Assembly: GCF_964204645.1 (NCBI RefSeq)
Contig: NC_134030.1
Span: forward strand, 2,334,678-2,398,677
Source: Tubulanus polymorphus
Lineage: Eukaryota; Animalia; Nemertea
Length of the DNA: 64,000 nucleotides
Reading direction: 5' to 3'
Part shown: positions 48,520 through 63,713 of the stretch, piece by piece
Layout: each line of letters begins with the position of its first letter
Position numbering within the stretch: position 1 is the first letter of the stretch
Translations under genes and position numbers: made by a program
Notes under the pieces: model-generated
What the model saw: only the letters and a program-made list of their open reading frames with translations
What the model was told of the DNA's origin: nothing
The model's database searches: none

Positions 48520-51500
48520 GGAGTGTTTTGGAAATAAATTGCAATTAACAGAAGTTCAGAAGAGCCTGTGCGTCTTGTCCTCTATTTTTAATTTCTAATT
48601 TTCAATTATCTTTAAAAAAATAATTTTTTTTTTCAAAATTTTTTCTTTGATTTTGTATTATCATAATAATAATCTTTTCGCCCCGTTTGGAAACAAACTG
48701 CAATCGACGCTTGTGCAGATGAGCAGCGGCTGATAGTTGGTGTGAATGTTATCTAAGAGACAGTTTGTGTTTGATTTGAGAGCGATGATAAATGCTCTCA
48801 CCCCCGACTCGCGGGATCACGAGACCATTAAACGTCAGTCTATAGAACTCGAGTCGATTAATGTGATTAATTACACATGATTAACTGTAATGCGTTTTTT
48901 GATCTGTTTTACACCGGATATTACAGCTAAATGTCAACGATATCAACAGACGAACGAACGAACGAACGAGTGAGCGAGTTACTGGAGCACGTCAAATACA
49001 ATACTGTAACAGTCACTCTTCCACCAGAGCGCCCACCCGTCCAGACAACCGCTCGCCCGCACCCGCTTTACCGACAGACTCTTCCATTATGTAACATTAA
49101 AGTCCGCAGTCAGATTTTAAAGTCAACTCTGGCTTTAACGGGAAGCAAATCGAGCTCGTTCAATGCTGGTGCGGAATGTGGTCATATTTTGAATGAAGCC
49201 ACAGGTTCTGTTCACCCAGTGCTGGAAGTGGTTGTTCCTACAGGCATCCGGTGTGCTCCAGAATAATATTCGGAGTACTCCGAATCGTCGAATCAAGCAG
49301 CCTGAGGGATGATCTCCGTGGCTCTACGACCTTAACAACTGCGGTACATCAAACACTGAATTTCGCGGTGAAAGCTTCTCTTCGCTCGCGTGTTCAGTCT
49401 CATTATACCTATACAGGTTTCATGCAGGAAAGTCACATCGGTCGTATTTCATTGTCACACTATTATCGTAAAAGAATTCATATGAAACCCCGTCCTCCCT
49501 CGAACCACCTGACTAGTCTGAGTGGTATAGTCAGGTAGGGTTTCGTGCCGTGACTGAGTCTAGCGATGCCATCAGGCTTCGAATCCCTGCCGGGGGAGGA
49601 TGTATGAAATATTTTCTGCGATATATAATGTACGTAATTTTGGAATGCAAAGTATTTAACAATTCACAATTTACGATTTACAATTTGCGATGTGGCACTC
49701 GACCATTTATGGCAGCGTTTCTAAACGCGACGACAGTCAGACATGCATACGTACGCCGCAAAAACCGATGACGTCATTACATCACGTGCTGATAACGATA
49801 CGTTTGGGATTAAAGTTTCGCAGAGTTTGTTTTTTAGATTGAATCGCTTTTTTTTCCTGTCGTTGTTGATATCGGCTTCGCAAGGTTTAATAGAAAATAG
49901 ATTCCTATCTGCGCAAAACCGAGTGCGCGGAAAATATTATAAAGGCATTTCGGAAATGTATTTTATCGGTGTCTCAACGCGAGCGTATTAATCCAATTCG
50001 TGATGACGGTAAACCGCCGGAGCTGTGTACACGATAAAATAGAGCCCTTCGGCAAACAATACAATGAATTATTCAATATACACTTCCTGCGGAAAAAAGT
50101 CGCAACGCAAGCAAAGAAAGGGAAACAAACCTATCATTATCATATTCACAACGACGACCGCTTAAACACAGGATATTGGAAATGAATTATTAGTTTGAGT
50201 TCTGTTTCAGACATGAAATGTTTACTGACGGATAATGGATGGAAATTGAATTATACGAAATGACGAACGCTCGGGTTTTTATATCGAAAAGGGGCGTGGT
50301 CTCACGCACGCGAGATCCGATGATTTTTGTGTTCGAGTTTGATTGACGTTGTGCAGTTTTCTAATAGTAGGTACTGTAAATCCGACTGTGAGAGGATTTG
50401 CCAACAGCAGTCATCTCAGAGATTAAAACTCAGTTAATCCTTTTAAATGATGCGCGTCGTTGTATCTCATCTAATTGAAGTTAGGTTCGAGAAGAGATTC
50501 ACGGTTCAGATAGGTAAAGAGGACGCCAGGTCCAGGGAATGGATAGGTCAGGTTTAGGGAGCGAAGGGATATGGTAGGTTTGGTAGGCAACAGGTAACAG
50601 CATTGGCAAGGGCAGATAGGTCAGGCGGGGTTGACATGGGCAGGGTGTAGACAGGATAGATAGGGCAGATAGGTCATCCAGGGCGTAGACAGGGCAAACT
50701 TATTCAGGCAAGACTAACACGGAGAGAGTAGATATAGGTCAGATGGGACAGACACGAAACTCAGACAGAAGGCAGTTCAATTAGGGTAAACAGCAGGAGA
50801 CGACGGGGTAAATGGATTATAATACTGTTGAAATATCTTGCTGATTAAATCAGCTCAGTCGATTTTTGCCGCGTCGAGTTTAGAATTAAATCCGAGTCGC
50901 TCGATTTAACAAATTAGACTCGAATTTCTGTGTTCAGTTTAATGATCGCGTGTTTGAAATCTGTTACACGACATCAACCGATATGTTGTGTATAGGAAAC
51001 CGGCAGCGAGGAGGAGGAAACCGGCGGTGAGGAGGAGGAAACCGGCAGCGAGGAGGAGGAAACCGTTATTTCTAAACTTTCTACACACGAAACGCATGTC
51101 ACACACTGTTTCATGTAGTCAGTTATCAGGAGAAATTTGAATAATTCAAATTTCATCTTACTTCGCGTATATTGATCGAAAGGCTGATTGTCTGAGACAG
51201 TGACGGCTGTATTCTCTATGTTGTCTATACGCAATCGATTCTCGACTTCATTGAACCGATGAAAACTGATCATATGTCTGTACGTGAACGATCTGTTCAA
51301 TCATGGAAGATTAAAAATTCCGCACCGGTTCCATATACAGTCATGTTTTAGATTTAAAACCGGTTCAACCCATCTTCTAGGAAGACTTCACGTAGAATTG
51401 ATACGACTTGGTGCAACTGGCCCTTGGATCTCATTCCATAGTCGGTTAAAAAAACATGTCTAAGGTCATCCTAGTTCTTAAAGCATCAGCTTAAGACCAG

Positions 51501-54490
51501 TCATTTTGTTCATAGCCAATATATATAAGACTATAGTCTTAGTCTAAGTTCATTTTGGTTTGCCGAACTAACAAGTTGAAAGACCAGTCTTGGCGGCCAA
51601 CTGAATCCTGAGTTCAGAGTTAAAACTCTAACTCACTTACTGTGGAACTATATAGATCCCGTATTACATTTCTAAACTCAGAGTTAATCCTATATAAGTC
51701 ACAATATAAGTGGAACTAGATCCTGAATCCTAACGGTTAGTCGTTGACGTGGAATGCATGCTAATCATGCAAACTGCTTGCTTTAAAGAGTGTAATGTTT
51801 ACCACTAAATACATTTCACTATTGTTTTCTTGCTCTTGCTGCTCATCAGATTAAGTGCATCGAGAGAGTCTTTTTTTGTTTGAATGATGATCAAGAATGT
51901 TTTAATCCCGTAAGTGCTATAGTAGTGAGAAGAAGAGGAGTGGGGGGGGGGAAGAGGGGAGGGAAAGGGCGAGAGAGGAGCTGGGTAGAGGCGACAGAGG
52001 GGAGATGAAATGGAGAGAGGGGAAAGGGGGAGGGGTAGAGTAAGAGAGGGGAAGCGGGGAGGTAGAGGGATAGAGAGGGGTCAGGGAGAGGTGATAGAGG
52101 TAGATAGAGACTGAGAGGGGAAGAGGGGAGGGAGTGAGGGGAGTGAGAGAGTGATTGTACATTCTGTTAAATTACTCCGTGTAAACTCTTTAGAACCATT
52201 ACGGAATTGAACATTAATTGTGAAGAAGTCGCGTCGCGTCGCGTCGTTTTTTCATTGATGATAAAAACTGTGCACATTTGCAAACTTCTCTCTCTAGCTC
52301 TGTCTCCTCTCTCTGTCTCTGTCTCCTCTCTCTGTCTCCTCTCTCTGTCTCTCTCTCTCTCTCTGGGATAACGATTCGACCTCATAAATTCACGCACAAC
52401 GACGTCTAATGTTCGCTGCTTTTTTCACGATTCTTGCCTCCTCCTTGACATTGAATCATTTTATCTCCCATCAGGCAGATGAGAAAAATAATGATTGAAA
52501 GTCAAGAAGAAAGAAGTAGTTCTAAGCTGTACACGAAAAATTTACTAATTACGAAATAAGACAGTTTAAAGAATAATTTTCCCGATTATTTCATTTTCAT
52601 CGATTTCTTACACAACTTCGGTGTAAGGCATTAATCATTCTGAATTCGATTATAAATGGATATTTCAGTTGGCGTTGTTGATACGAAAGTTGTTTATACA
52701 AAAAGAAAAAATAGGAATTCTCGTAAGTCGTCGTCCGTATAAAATACATGTTACGTTGACATTGCGACTTTCACAGTCGAAAGTAACATTATAAATCTTG
52801 TCAGAAATACCGCTCGACAAGATTAACTCGCAAAAGAAATGTTCTTCCTGTGACAGGTCGCAATTTGCTTTCGAATGATTTGTCATATACACGACAATAA
52901 GATTCATACAATTGTATATTTTGAAGTTGTTTTGTAATCTAAAAATAGCATTGATCATTCGTGAACTCGTGGTTTCAGCAATCGATTCAGAAACTCGTCG
53001 TTTCAGCAATCGTTTCAGAAACTCGTCGTTTCAGCAATCGTTTCAGAAACTCGTGGTTTCAGCAATCGATTCTTTTTTCAGTCAATCAACCCGCCAGGTG
53101 GCGGTGATGGTCAAAATCAGGTAATCAGGTGATCCGTAAAAATGCGCACTTGTTTCGGACTTTCAGCCGCCCGAACGAACGAACCGAACTTCCTGCGTAC
53201 ACCCCCGGTCAATGTCTGCGGCACGCTACGGAACCGGCAGGTGAACTTTCGAACTATGAATCTATAGTTTAATAGGAAGTCAGTGGTATGCGTAGTTATC
53301 AATGATTATCGCAATATCTATGAGGATGTTTATATCAGAGAAGTATCGTGCTATTACGAGCACTCTATCAATTACCGACTAAAGTTATTATATATCACTT
53401 GTCGAATCGTTATACAGTATATTGTCCTACCTGAGGCAGAAAGTGCTGTCCTCGTGGCCTGGTTGATTTTGACGCTATGTCCCCCAGCCCATCCCGACGT
53501 GGTGTGGAGATTAGTAAAATACGTCTGCCGTTTATATTTTTTAGAAGTTCCCACGGGCCTATCCAGACGGTATAACACGTGCTCCCATCGCAATTTTCCC
53601 GTGTCCTTAATAAGATACAATGTCAACATTTTTCAGGGCATTTTTTCCGCCCACAACTGATAAGAGAGCAGTCCATATAGCGCAAGATTTAGCTTCTCTT
53701 AAATATCCCTCAAGTGCATAGAAAATGTAGAGAGAGAGGGAGAGAGGGAGGGAGAGAGTGAGGGGGAAAGAGAGAGGGAGAGAGGGAGGGAGAGAGAGAG
53801 GGAGAGGGAGAGAGTGAGGGAGAGAGTGAGGGGGAAAGAGAGAGGGAGGGAGAGAGAGAGGGAGAGGGAGAGAGGGAGAAAGAGAGAGGGAGGGAGAGAG
53901 AGAGAGAGAGGGAGAAAGAGAGAGGGAGGGAGAGAGAGGGAGAAAGAGGGCAAAGAGAGGGAGAAAGGGGGAGAGAGAGAGGGGAGAGGGAGATGATTAG
54001 TAAAGTACATCTGCCGTGTTGATAGAGAGAATGAGGATTAGTCTGTTCATCAGCACGAAGAAGTAAGGAAAACAATACACGACGATAGAGAGGGAATTAC
54101 TTATAGATAGAAAACATTATCACCTGCACAGACGGGCCCATACAATTATAGCATATATGTACATACAAGAATCTTTTTCCCCCCGAGATCTGAGACTGAA
54201 TTGCACTACAGCTAAGTAGAAAACGACCAAAAAGTATTAAAAATGGACGAAATGATCTTCAACCTTGTTATATAGCTATTTCCAAAATTTCGATGTATTT
54301 AAATTAGGCAGCCAAGAAAATTTACCCCAATCAGTCGCTTGCCGGTTCAGACTGCTTGGATGATTGTTTGAATGAACCGGAACCGAATTTCCCAATTATT
54401 TACTTCGATTTAAACAAAAAGCTTTTGTTAACTCAACCGCCGATCACAAAACTATATCTGTTGTACTTCGATTTCCGATTTCAAAATCAA

Positions 54491-54697
54491 ACCTCCTGTT
54501 TCGCACCCGGCAGGTGTGGTGGGTCTGTAAAGCCGGGCGCACACTAGGCGATTTCTCGGCGATTTTGTCGCTTGCGACGAAAATCGCCGAGAAATCACCT
54601 AGTGTGCGCCCGGCTTAAGGGACACTCAATCAGAAAATCAAACGAAATTTACAAACCAAATAAATAACAGGGACAATCCCTGTTCTAAGATCAAAAA
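54491..54697 (+). mobile_element. Retroposon copy interrupted by an 85-bp palindromic MITE (54531-54615) with TAA duplication
   Basis: gtctg-TAA-agccgggcgcacactagg...cctagtgtgcgcccggct-TAA-gggacac, compared with uninterrupted gtctg-TAA-gggacac in the 7217-7330 copy. Confidence 0.9.
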
Positions 54698-55269
54698 CGT
54701 CGTCAAAGACTATAAAGTTGGGGGTATTTTTGATTCGGTTTATTACGGAACCTAATGTGAATACGGTTTTTACACAAGAAAATGACCCGGCTTTTGAAAG
54801 TTGACACAGATGAAGCGAAAACTGTTAACAGTGTCTCAATAAAATTGGTCAGAATCACAGCGTTCAACTCTAGATAGTTGTAGCGATAGCGATACGATTT
54901 TCATTCCATGGAAGTCCGAACCATTAGTGAATGACGGACGTGGAACTTGAATACAAGTTTAAGTCGTTTCCCAATGAAAAAATAAAACCTTTAAACTATC
55001 GTTACGGTCCTGGAAGTGGTTTTATCTACGCTATGCTCTACGATCCTATCGTATCCAATCCACCAAGACTTAAAAGTATTGAGAAAAAAGCGGTCGTGTC
55101 TTAGTGTCCGTGGTTATATCATATACTAAGGTTCTCGGTGAATTGATTGTTTAAAGCTAAGAGCCAGTTGCACAGTCATGCACGACAGCCAAACCAAACA
55201 ACCTGAAGAGACCAATCATGATAATACCAATTTTGAAATAAAAATCTCAGGGCTGTGAAGCTTCGAACA

Positions 55270-55727
55270 GCTGGTTAGGCAAATCGTTAAAAATCTTTTT
55301 AAAAATCTGGCCGACAACCCTGCAACAATCTCTCAGCTGGTTAGGCAAATTATTAAATTTTTTTTTAAAATATGACCGACAACCTTGCAACAATCTCTCA
55401 GCTGGTTAGGCAAATTATTAAAAATCTTTTAAAAATCTGGTCGACAGCCCTGCAACAATCTCTCAGCTGGTTAGGCAAATTATTAAAAATTTTTAAAAAA
55501 ATCTGGTCGACAACCTTGCAACAATCTCTCAGCTGGTTAGGCAAATTATTAAAAATCTAAAAAAACATCTGGCCGACAACCATGCAACAATCTCTCAGCT
55601 GGTTAGGTAAATTGTTAAAAATCTTTTAAAAATCTGGCCGACAACCCTGCAACAATCTCTCAGCTGGTTAGGCAAATTGTTAAAAATCTAAAAAAACATC
55701 TGGCCGACAACCCTGCAACAATCTCTG
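55270..55727. repeat. 65-66-bp tandem repeat, 7 copies
   Basis: gctggttagg anchors at 55270, 55336, 55401, 55466, 55532, 55598 and 55663. Confidence 0.93.
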
Positions 55728-58700
55728 TCAACTCTGCAACCCGTTCAAGTGTTTTTCCAATTCAGACTACAGTATATTTTGCTCGAGCCGTTTTGACCTG
55801 TACACTCCGCCGAAGGCTCAAATTCTATTTTCAATTCCATCATTTCCACTTATAAATCGTCACAAAAGCGTTTGAATTTTTTTCTAGAAATAAGACTAAA
55901 TGACTCGGTTTGTAAAACAATTATTTGACTCGTAGAATAAAGAAAAAGACTAAAAATACGAAAATTCTGGAATGAATACATTTCAAGGCGGGGTCAGAAT
56001 TTCAGTGCAGGAAAAAAATCATCGATAGAAATACATAAAATGTGTTCTTACCTCGAATATGAATCGTTCAATAATAACCGGGAATCGCGTGCACAAATTA
56101 CATCGTTCTAAAAATACATGAATGAAAAGAAAATTGATGTATATTTACGACGGATTAAAGAGAAGCGAAGTGATGATGTTTTCCGCGTGTTCCATCTAGC
56201 AATAAAAACGCCGGTTGATTATTTGAACAAGTTCTACCACATCGGCGTTTTAACGAGCAAACCGGTTAGCTACACAATGTCAATCGTACGAACGATGGAT
56301 AAACCGAACGATTTTAGAACATCGAAAAATTCATTAAATAAAAACTCTTGAAATTTTGAGTCCAGTTGAAAACAAGAAGATTTGGAGTTTTTTTAAAAAT
56401 AATTTCTGCGATATGTATCAATCTTTCTGCTTTAAGTATTTGCGACGCACATCGAATTTCTACCTTCACGTCTAGAACGGCGGAATAATTTGAACAGTTT
56501 AAAGGCAACTGCTTCGCTCTGTGAACGATGCGAGAAGAATACATACGCAATATTGTGCGTTCATCGCGGAACATCTGCTGAAATGCTCAAGCTGTGAGAG
56601 TGATTGCATCAAACGATTGTATTGAAAGTAATTCGCAATGAAATTATATTATCAATTTATCGTCAGAATGGCTGTTCGTCTGACAGACTGTTTGGCACCA
56701 CCGATGGGAATGAATTCTCGCTTGTATTTCTAGATTAATCCATTTTTCTGGACGATCATCTGCGCGTCAGTTAACATCGATCGATGTTCCTTTTTGTATT
56801 GGTTTTTTTAGTACTAGTTCATATGAATATGTTATTTTTTTGTAACCGATTGATATAATAAGATGAATATAGTGGTTATTGATCCTGACAGCGTCGTCAA
56901 TTTGTGATAAGAACTCCCAAGGGACCTAACAATAACATTATTACATGTATCGAGGGTTGAAATCAGTTCAGCATGATTGCGACATCTGCCGCTGTTGAAC
57001 CGGTTCCATGAAAACATTTTCAAGCTTAAACGGTTTATTTTTCTCGTTATTGAAAAAGGAACAAGGAAGTCATTCTCACGATCTACACCCGGTTAATGAG
57101 TCAGGGGTTGGATCTAAGCCCAATCTAAATCAGTCTGTAAATCTAACAAACTAAGACTAGTCATAAGAAGTAAGACCACTTCTTGGACTTAAGTCACAAC
57201 TGCGCTAGTCGGCTCAAGGCCCGATAAAGGTCTGACACAATCTGCATTAGATTATGCATTATATCGTTAGGAATTCAAAGTCATATTCTATATATCAACT
57301 TTCATCTCAGTGGTATGAAATGAATAATTGGGCATCATCCAAGATGAACATATTACGACCTAAAGGAAAAATCAATTTTATGATTTTATGCAGTCACGTA
57401 CTTTATTTTTCGATCTGCGTTCGTCATATTACACAAAAAGTGATTTACACGACAGACCCTCAATGTTTGGAAATCCCTAGCTTTTAATGAGCAAGGACCC
57501 AGCCCCACAGAACTGTACAACCAGGTCCTGAACTGCGAGTCTCCAGCACTTGTTGGCAAACAAACTTGTCGTCGCATTCAACACTTCTATAGAACATATT
57601 GTTTAAGTGTCCATTTGTTGAGCTCAAACTGTCGAGAAACAGTAAAAACATCATTAAAAAAACATTTCCATTTAACAGCTGGAGAAGTGCGCATAAAAAA
57701 ACATCGCGACCGACGATATTAAGTGTCATCTGAATGATGACTTGTTTACGCTCATTAGAGCTGTTGCCAAACAGTCATATCGTTAGGACCTCTACACAGC
57801 GGCTGACGTATTGTTAAAATCCACTTACGTCCTATGTTAGAATAAACGGACACATTGATTGATTCAAATGTTTTCGGACTGAGAATCGCGTTTCAAATTG
57901 ATTGTACATTTCTATATAACGAATATTCCGTGAATGTACAAACCACAAGAAAAACGCATTTTCTGAACGACTTATCCAATAACTACTTTATACACCGTAA
58001 AAAAACTGAATTAGAAATATAAATTTAGATAAAGAAATAGAGAAAACCTCAGTAACGTAACAACTTGTTGACGCCCGGGTTTGACTGAACTACCAAAACT
58101 GAACAAACCTTGGAGCCATTTGGAGCGATGTAATTAAAATTTCGAACCATGAAATCAGGTGGAATCCTCGCTTGCCGCAGTACTGGTGCCATCGTAAACA
58201 TCTTTAAACAACATTCACGTATTTGTTTGTGACTGAGTGTTATAATAGTATTTAATAGAGAGAAAGAGAGAGAGATAGAATTACGTGGAATATCGGAACT
58301 CTGCGGTAGTGATTCCGCCATCGTCAACACCGCTCAAAGCAACGGACAGAGATAAAAGAAATCTGATCTAAAAGGTTCAGTGCGTCTCGGGGGTTTATAC
58401 AGGAATCTTTGTTGCAACCGAAACTCGCCGCTAATTAAAGGTTTTACAGCGAGTAAAATCATCAATGAATGTTGTTCGCTTATTGCGAAGCCTTCTACGT
58501 CACTAGAGTCAGGAAATTGAATTGCGCGTCTCTATTCACTCGACTCAATATGTCTCCGAAATAACTACCGGATGGTGAGAGAAATATACCGCCATCAGTC
58601 GATGCGCGCAGAGGTGTTATCTCTATGGAACGCCGTCCTAGCGAGAGAAAAATCCACATCGAATTTTAATAACGTATTCGCAATCTTACAACCGAATCAC

Positions 58701-59588
58701 AATTTTACTAAGTTTGTTTAGAATTCTATAACCAAAATGCGTTTTCAAACAGTTACGAGTTGAATCTTTCAAAGTAATACCGTCATCGTCCACCAAGTGG
58801 CGCTGAGGTGAATTAATTAGATGAATATGGGAGATATGTTGAAACGCTCTGTAAATAATTCTTTTTTTTGTATTATGTATTAATATGCATGTTTTTCTAT
58901 ATCCTTATACAATCGACATTGTCAGGATGAATACAGTAACCTAAACTTCACCTCAGTGCCACCTGGTGTATGGTGCAGCACTGAAACCGCACGCCATAAG
59001 GCGGAATAGTCTGTGGCACGGGGTCCACATAACCAATAGAACGGATACGTAAGACGCTGTTTTAAAATATCTCTTTATATATACACACAGTAGACCAATA
59101 AACAAAACTCATTGATCTCCTCATTAATTGGTATATATACATATAAACACTGGGACAGTCTCTTTACTATACGTTATATTAAGAGCTGTACATTAAAGGA
59201 ACTGTGATACGGGAAACTGTTACATTAAAGGAACTACAAACTAATCACACAGTTATCAAAAGTATCCTTCGATCGGAGTACGGCCTTATTTGTAGGAAGT
59301 AGAATACAAACAACTTCTGACGGTCTAGAAATAGACGCGACCTCATTGAGCCGGTTTCCGCCCGAGACGCAGGGCTGTGATGACTGTGTCGGGTTGATCC
59401 TCGAAGACGACGAGAGAACTTGTTTCAAGACAGGTCTCCACCACGAGTGAATATAGTTCTTACCACAGTCGTAGTTCCTGGTCGATATTATCCTGATCTA
59501 CAGATCTGAGTTAGAGTTAACTCATAGGTTGAAATGAATTAATTTTGAATGATTTAACTTTGAGTTAAATCATGATTCACAGAACTGT

Positions 59589-59825
59589 GACCAGTTGCTC
59601 AAAGGTTGGTCATAAATAAACCAGTGGATAGTTGACATAGAGGCAATCGAAAGTCCATGTTGTTACTACGTTATTCGTCCACCGGTTTTCTCTAACCATC
59701 TTCTGAGAAACTGCAGTCCCAGTAACCATTGCAACAAAAGCACGGCGCTTGGAACTGTAAAAATGATTGTCACCATCTTCACTTATCAACAAGTAACTTC
59801 AGCTTAACTTTTGAACAACTGGCCC
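59589..59825. mobile_element. MITE, GGCCAGTTGTTCAAAAGTT family
   Basis: gaccagttgctcaaaggtt ... aacttttgaacaactggccc-cag. The internal ccagtggatagttgacatag also occurs in a shorter copy at 23291-23364. Confidence 0.65.
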
Positions 59826-60668
59826 CAGACTAAACTCCTGACAAAATCAAATTGGACCCGTAGAACTATATTAACTACAAATTGGCGTGAACTATTATCA
59901 ATCTTATCGAAGTTGGACCTTATTACTGACACGGTTTAGACGAGACCAATCCGTTTAAAAATGCCAATCAATGCCGACTAAGTGACAGCGAATAGGAATA
60001 GCCACAACAGCGGACCTTCATCTCATTTGTCTTTGATGAATAGTCTTCGGATATACGCCATCAATTTGTCTTGTACAGAACAGTGACATTCGTTCGACCA
60101 AAACGACAAAACTAACTGCATTATACACATATATATGTTTGTAGGCGAGGGTGTCACGTTAGGCCCGGGCCTACACCTTTTTGTGCCAAGTTATCACCCT
60201 TAAAATACTGTTCATTCGAATCCATAATCTTGCTGCTGGATAAGACGAGTCTAAAGAAACAACGTTAATTTACTCTTTCGTTTTTTATTGTATTTCGAAA
60301 TGATATTGAAATACGTATTGTAGAAATTAATTTCGTGAAATTTTCATGCCTACAATTTCTATTTGTATCCTGGCTACACCATCCCTGGTAGGTACGTTAT
60401 TGTCTAAATGAACTGCTTGTATTTTGGACATGTGGATTACAATATAGCATGATAACTGTCATTATAATACTGCAATGATCAATCAAGCTCCGTGGATAGA
60501 ATCGAGCTATTTCGGTAACAGACTACCTCGCAATTTTCTCCATTCGTTCGACTCGTCCATCCTCGGATACACTCCACGGGAATTGAGGAAAAATGCACTG
60601 TTGAGAAGTAAACTAAGAGAGTAGCGACGTTTCGACTTAAAATGCTACGCAACATTTTTAAAAATAAC

Positions 60669-60925
60669 ATTTATTATTTATTTATTATTTATTATTTATT
60701 ATTTATTATTTATTATTTATTATTTATTATTTATTATTTATTATTTATTATTTATTATTTATTATTTATTATTTATTATTTATTATTTATTATTTATTAT
60801 TTATTATTTATTATTTATTATTTATTATTTATTATTTATTATTTATTATTTATTTTTCATTATCTATTATTCGTTATTCATTATTTATTATTTATTATTT
60901 ATTATTCATTATTTATTATTTATTA
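60669..60925. repeat. (TTTATTA)n heptanucleotide satellite
   Basis: Directly visible; source of the IIYYLLF ORF. Confidence 0.96.
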
Positions 60926-63507
60926 TAGGTCATTGTCTCTTATTCATTTTTTACTATTTGTTAGCTATTGCTTATTGTTCATTAGAAGTTGTAACTGAAC
61001 GGATGATGATTGTGGAATCAGTGGTCTGAACTAATCGTCGTCACGCACAACGAGTAACGCGTATTGGACTGTCAGAATCACACGGCTTGACAAATCCTAC
61101 GAGACTTGTAAAATTCTCTATCCGGTCGTGACCGAAAGCGAAAAATATTCTAAGAAATTAATGTCTTGTCTTCTGGAACAAGAGAAGAGCAAATTCTACC
61201 CGACGTTAACATAAAAACTTCAGTTATATATATATATTCTTGGTAATTTGGTAAACCAATCGTCATCGGAATTCACACATGTCAATATGTATATATATAA
61301 CATAATTTCAGCAGAGACAAGGCTTATGATTAATGTACAATCGATGCTGTATTAAAGAATGAATCGGTGCTACAAAGTTTAGACACTTTTTATTGTCAAT
61401 GTTACTGATTATTCGACGGGGACGCGTTTCTACGCCTATTAAACGTACGTAATTTCCCAAGAAACCAATTACAAACAGTTTTATTCGCTCTAGTTTATAA
61501 TTGAATTCAAACCGCAAAATAGAAATGTAACACTATCTGCAGAAAGCGGATATGGGGAATTCAAATCATCTGATGAAATATCATATTTTCTGTTCGAGTA
61601 CGTGTGCTGACCAAATTAGGTCAATCGAAAATGCAAGACCGCGTTGTGATTGGTCTAGAGCCGGTGTATGCAAATAGCCTACACTGTTGACTAACCACTG
61701 AGTGACGAGTGGGTTCGAGTCCTGCTGGTTGTGGGCAATATTTCAATGGTCGTGGTCCCGTCGTGAGGTTGAATGAACAACCACATTCAAACAAGCTAGA
61801 TCATAGTCTGCAGTTGGCGAAAAGGCGGATGCCATGAACAAACAGGTCATACGCACACGTACGCTGATCAACCAGGTACGAATCCCGAAATTCCCGATAT
61901 TAGTACCGCTCCTCTCGCTCGGGTAACAAAGTGACGCTCGCTTCCGTCGCAATCGACATTTCTCTAAACGTCAACAACAGGAAAAAAGCGCAAACACATT
62001 TAAGCGCATCGGATGTCAGAAAATATTCCACGTTTGAACGAGGCAAAGTAACCAACTAACTATGTGTTTCATATATATTTTAGCGCGCATATGCACGGAA
62101 AACCAATAATGCAAAGTTTACATTATAACTACCGATACTGGCAGCACTTTGCTGGTACTCAAGGGTTGTGCAGTAGTGTTCACATTGAGAGACTGCATGT
62201 TAAAATTCAAAATTGTCTATTATTTGAAAACCGGATATTTCCGTTTTGCATAAAATTATATACGTGTATGCTATATAACAAAACTGGGAGTGAATGAGAA
62301 CTTGACGACACGAACCTAGAGCTCATACGATTTTGTCTCTTGCATTTACAAATTCACGATCTCTCTTGAATTCTGTTTCATTCACAGAACGGGTCGTATC
62401 CGTCCGTGCCTAGTACCATCGGGGGGCTTTTTTACACTTTGCAGTGAATATTCCGCATAAATGTATTTTTGATTTTCTGAAGTGTAAACGTCGAGTATTC
62501 TGCGCGTCAAACCGTCTGCGGTGGCGCGTACGAAAGTGTGAGCGAAACTTTGCCGGGTACAAAGTGGAAAAATTATCGATAAAAGTACATAACTGTAATA
62601 GTTAACAGCCAAAACAAACACTGAAATTATCAGCATTATTGACAGATATACCTGTCCGTCCGTCAGTGTTACTAATGTAGGTGGGTACAATATCCGTTCA
62701 AGCATCTGTGTGGTAAAAATTGAAATAAAATACAAGTAAGAATTGAAATAGCTGCCGCGTTCACGCTTTATTATTTTGAACTTAGTTCGTTACAATTTAG
62801 AATGGACCAAGCGGCCGCACTAACTAATAGTCGTCATTAAATTGGTCACTTCCATTTTGGAACGGACCAATTGATACCAGCCGGCCATTGTGAATAGAAA
62901 CTTTACTTTTATTGCTCATCAGTAAAAAACTTTTAGTTATTTTTCGTTATTATGAATTTTTCTTTACTTGTCGATATAAGCGAAGACCGATTTAAACCAA
63001 GGCCGCTAGAATTTTTATAGGGAATATATCGTATTTCATTGCGCACGCTTCATTCGATACGACAATCATATTCAGAAAAAAACCGTATCCACATTTTATA
63101 AAGATATATTTTTTTTAAACGCCTCGTCGGAATCTGTTCAGATAGAAACCCGACACGCTATATTTACATCAGTAACTCGTACTATGAAAATGATATATTT
63201 AGAAATGTCGAACTGTGGAGTGTCGTTACTTATAAAATAATCAATCGGCGCCAATTCAAAATAAAATACGCCCGGATAAAATTAAAGCGACAGAGAAAGA
63301 ATCGCCGCCGGTTCCGTTTTACAATTGGATTCAGTTGCGCTGAAAAACTGGGTTCGATTTTTCTGCTGGTATTTTTTTTTCTAATCGTATTTCTTCGATG
63401 AAATCTCGTAACACATACGACAGTGCGCTAAGGATGAGTGTGTTTCTTCGGTGAAAATATGGACGCATTGATGAAACACTCAGAGTCAGTGTTGTGACGA
63501 TTTTATA

Positions 63508-63713
63508 TAGAGAATCCCACACAAACGAAAGATGAAGTCCGAAAAGTGTTTCCTTCAAAGCTATTATTATTGATTCAACGTTTCGACAATAACCCAAATA
63601 GTCATCTTCAGGAATACTACTGATTCATAGTCGAAACCTCGAATCAATGAATTATTAGCTTTAAGGAAACTTTTCAGACTTCATCTTTCTCGTTAAAACA
63701 GTTTGGGATTCTT
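63508..63713. mobile_element. Inverted Penelope-like terminal repeat of the same family as the 10.8-11.5 kb array
   Basis: agaatcccac...aaagatgaagtccgaaaag...ttcaacgtttcgac...atagtcatcttcaggaata followed by an inverted arm ending tgggattct. Related copies at about 9720-10010, 10796-10900 and 40160-40310. Confidence 0.7.

Noticed and set aside
47896-48544. Four overlapping repetitive ORFs up to 202 aa
   Set aside because: Translations of a 19-21-bp minisatellite.
60642-60998. Hydrophobic 118-aa ORF (also the GA-rich and poly-Met ORFs elsewhere)
   Set aside because: Translations of simple sequence repeats.
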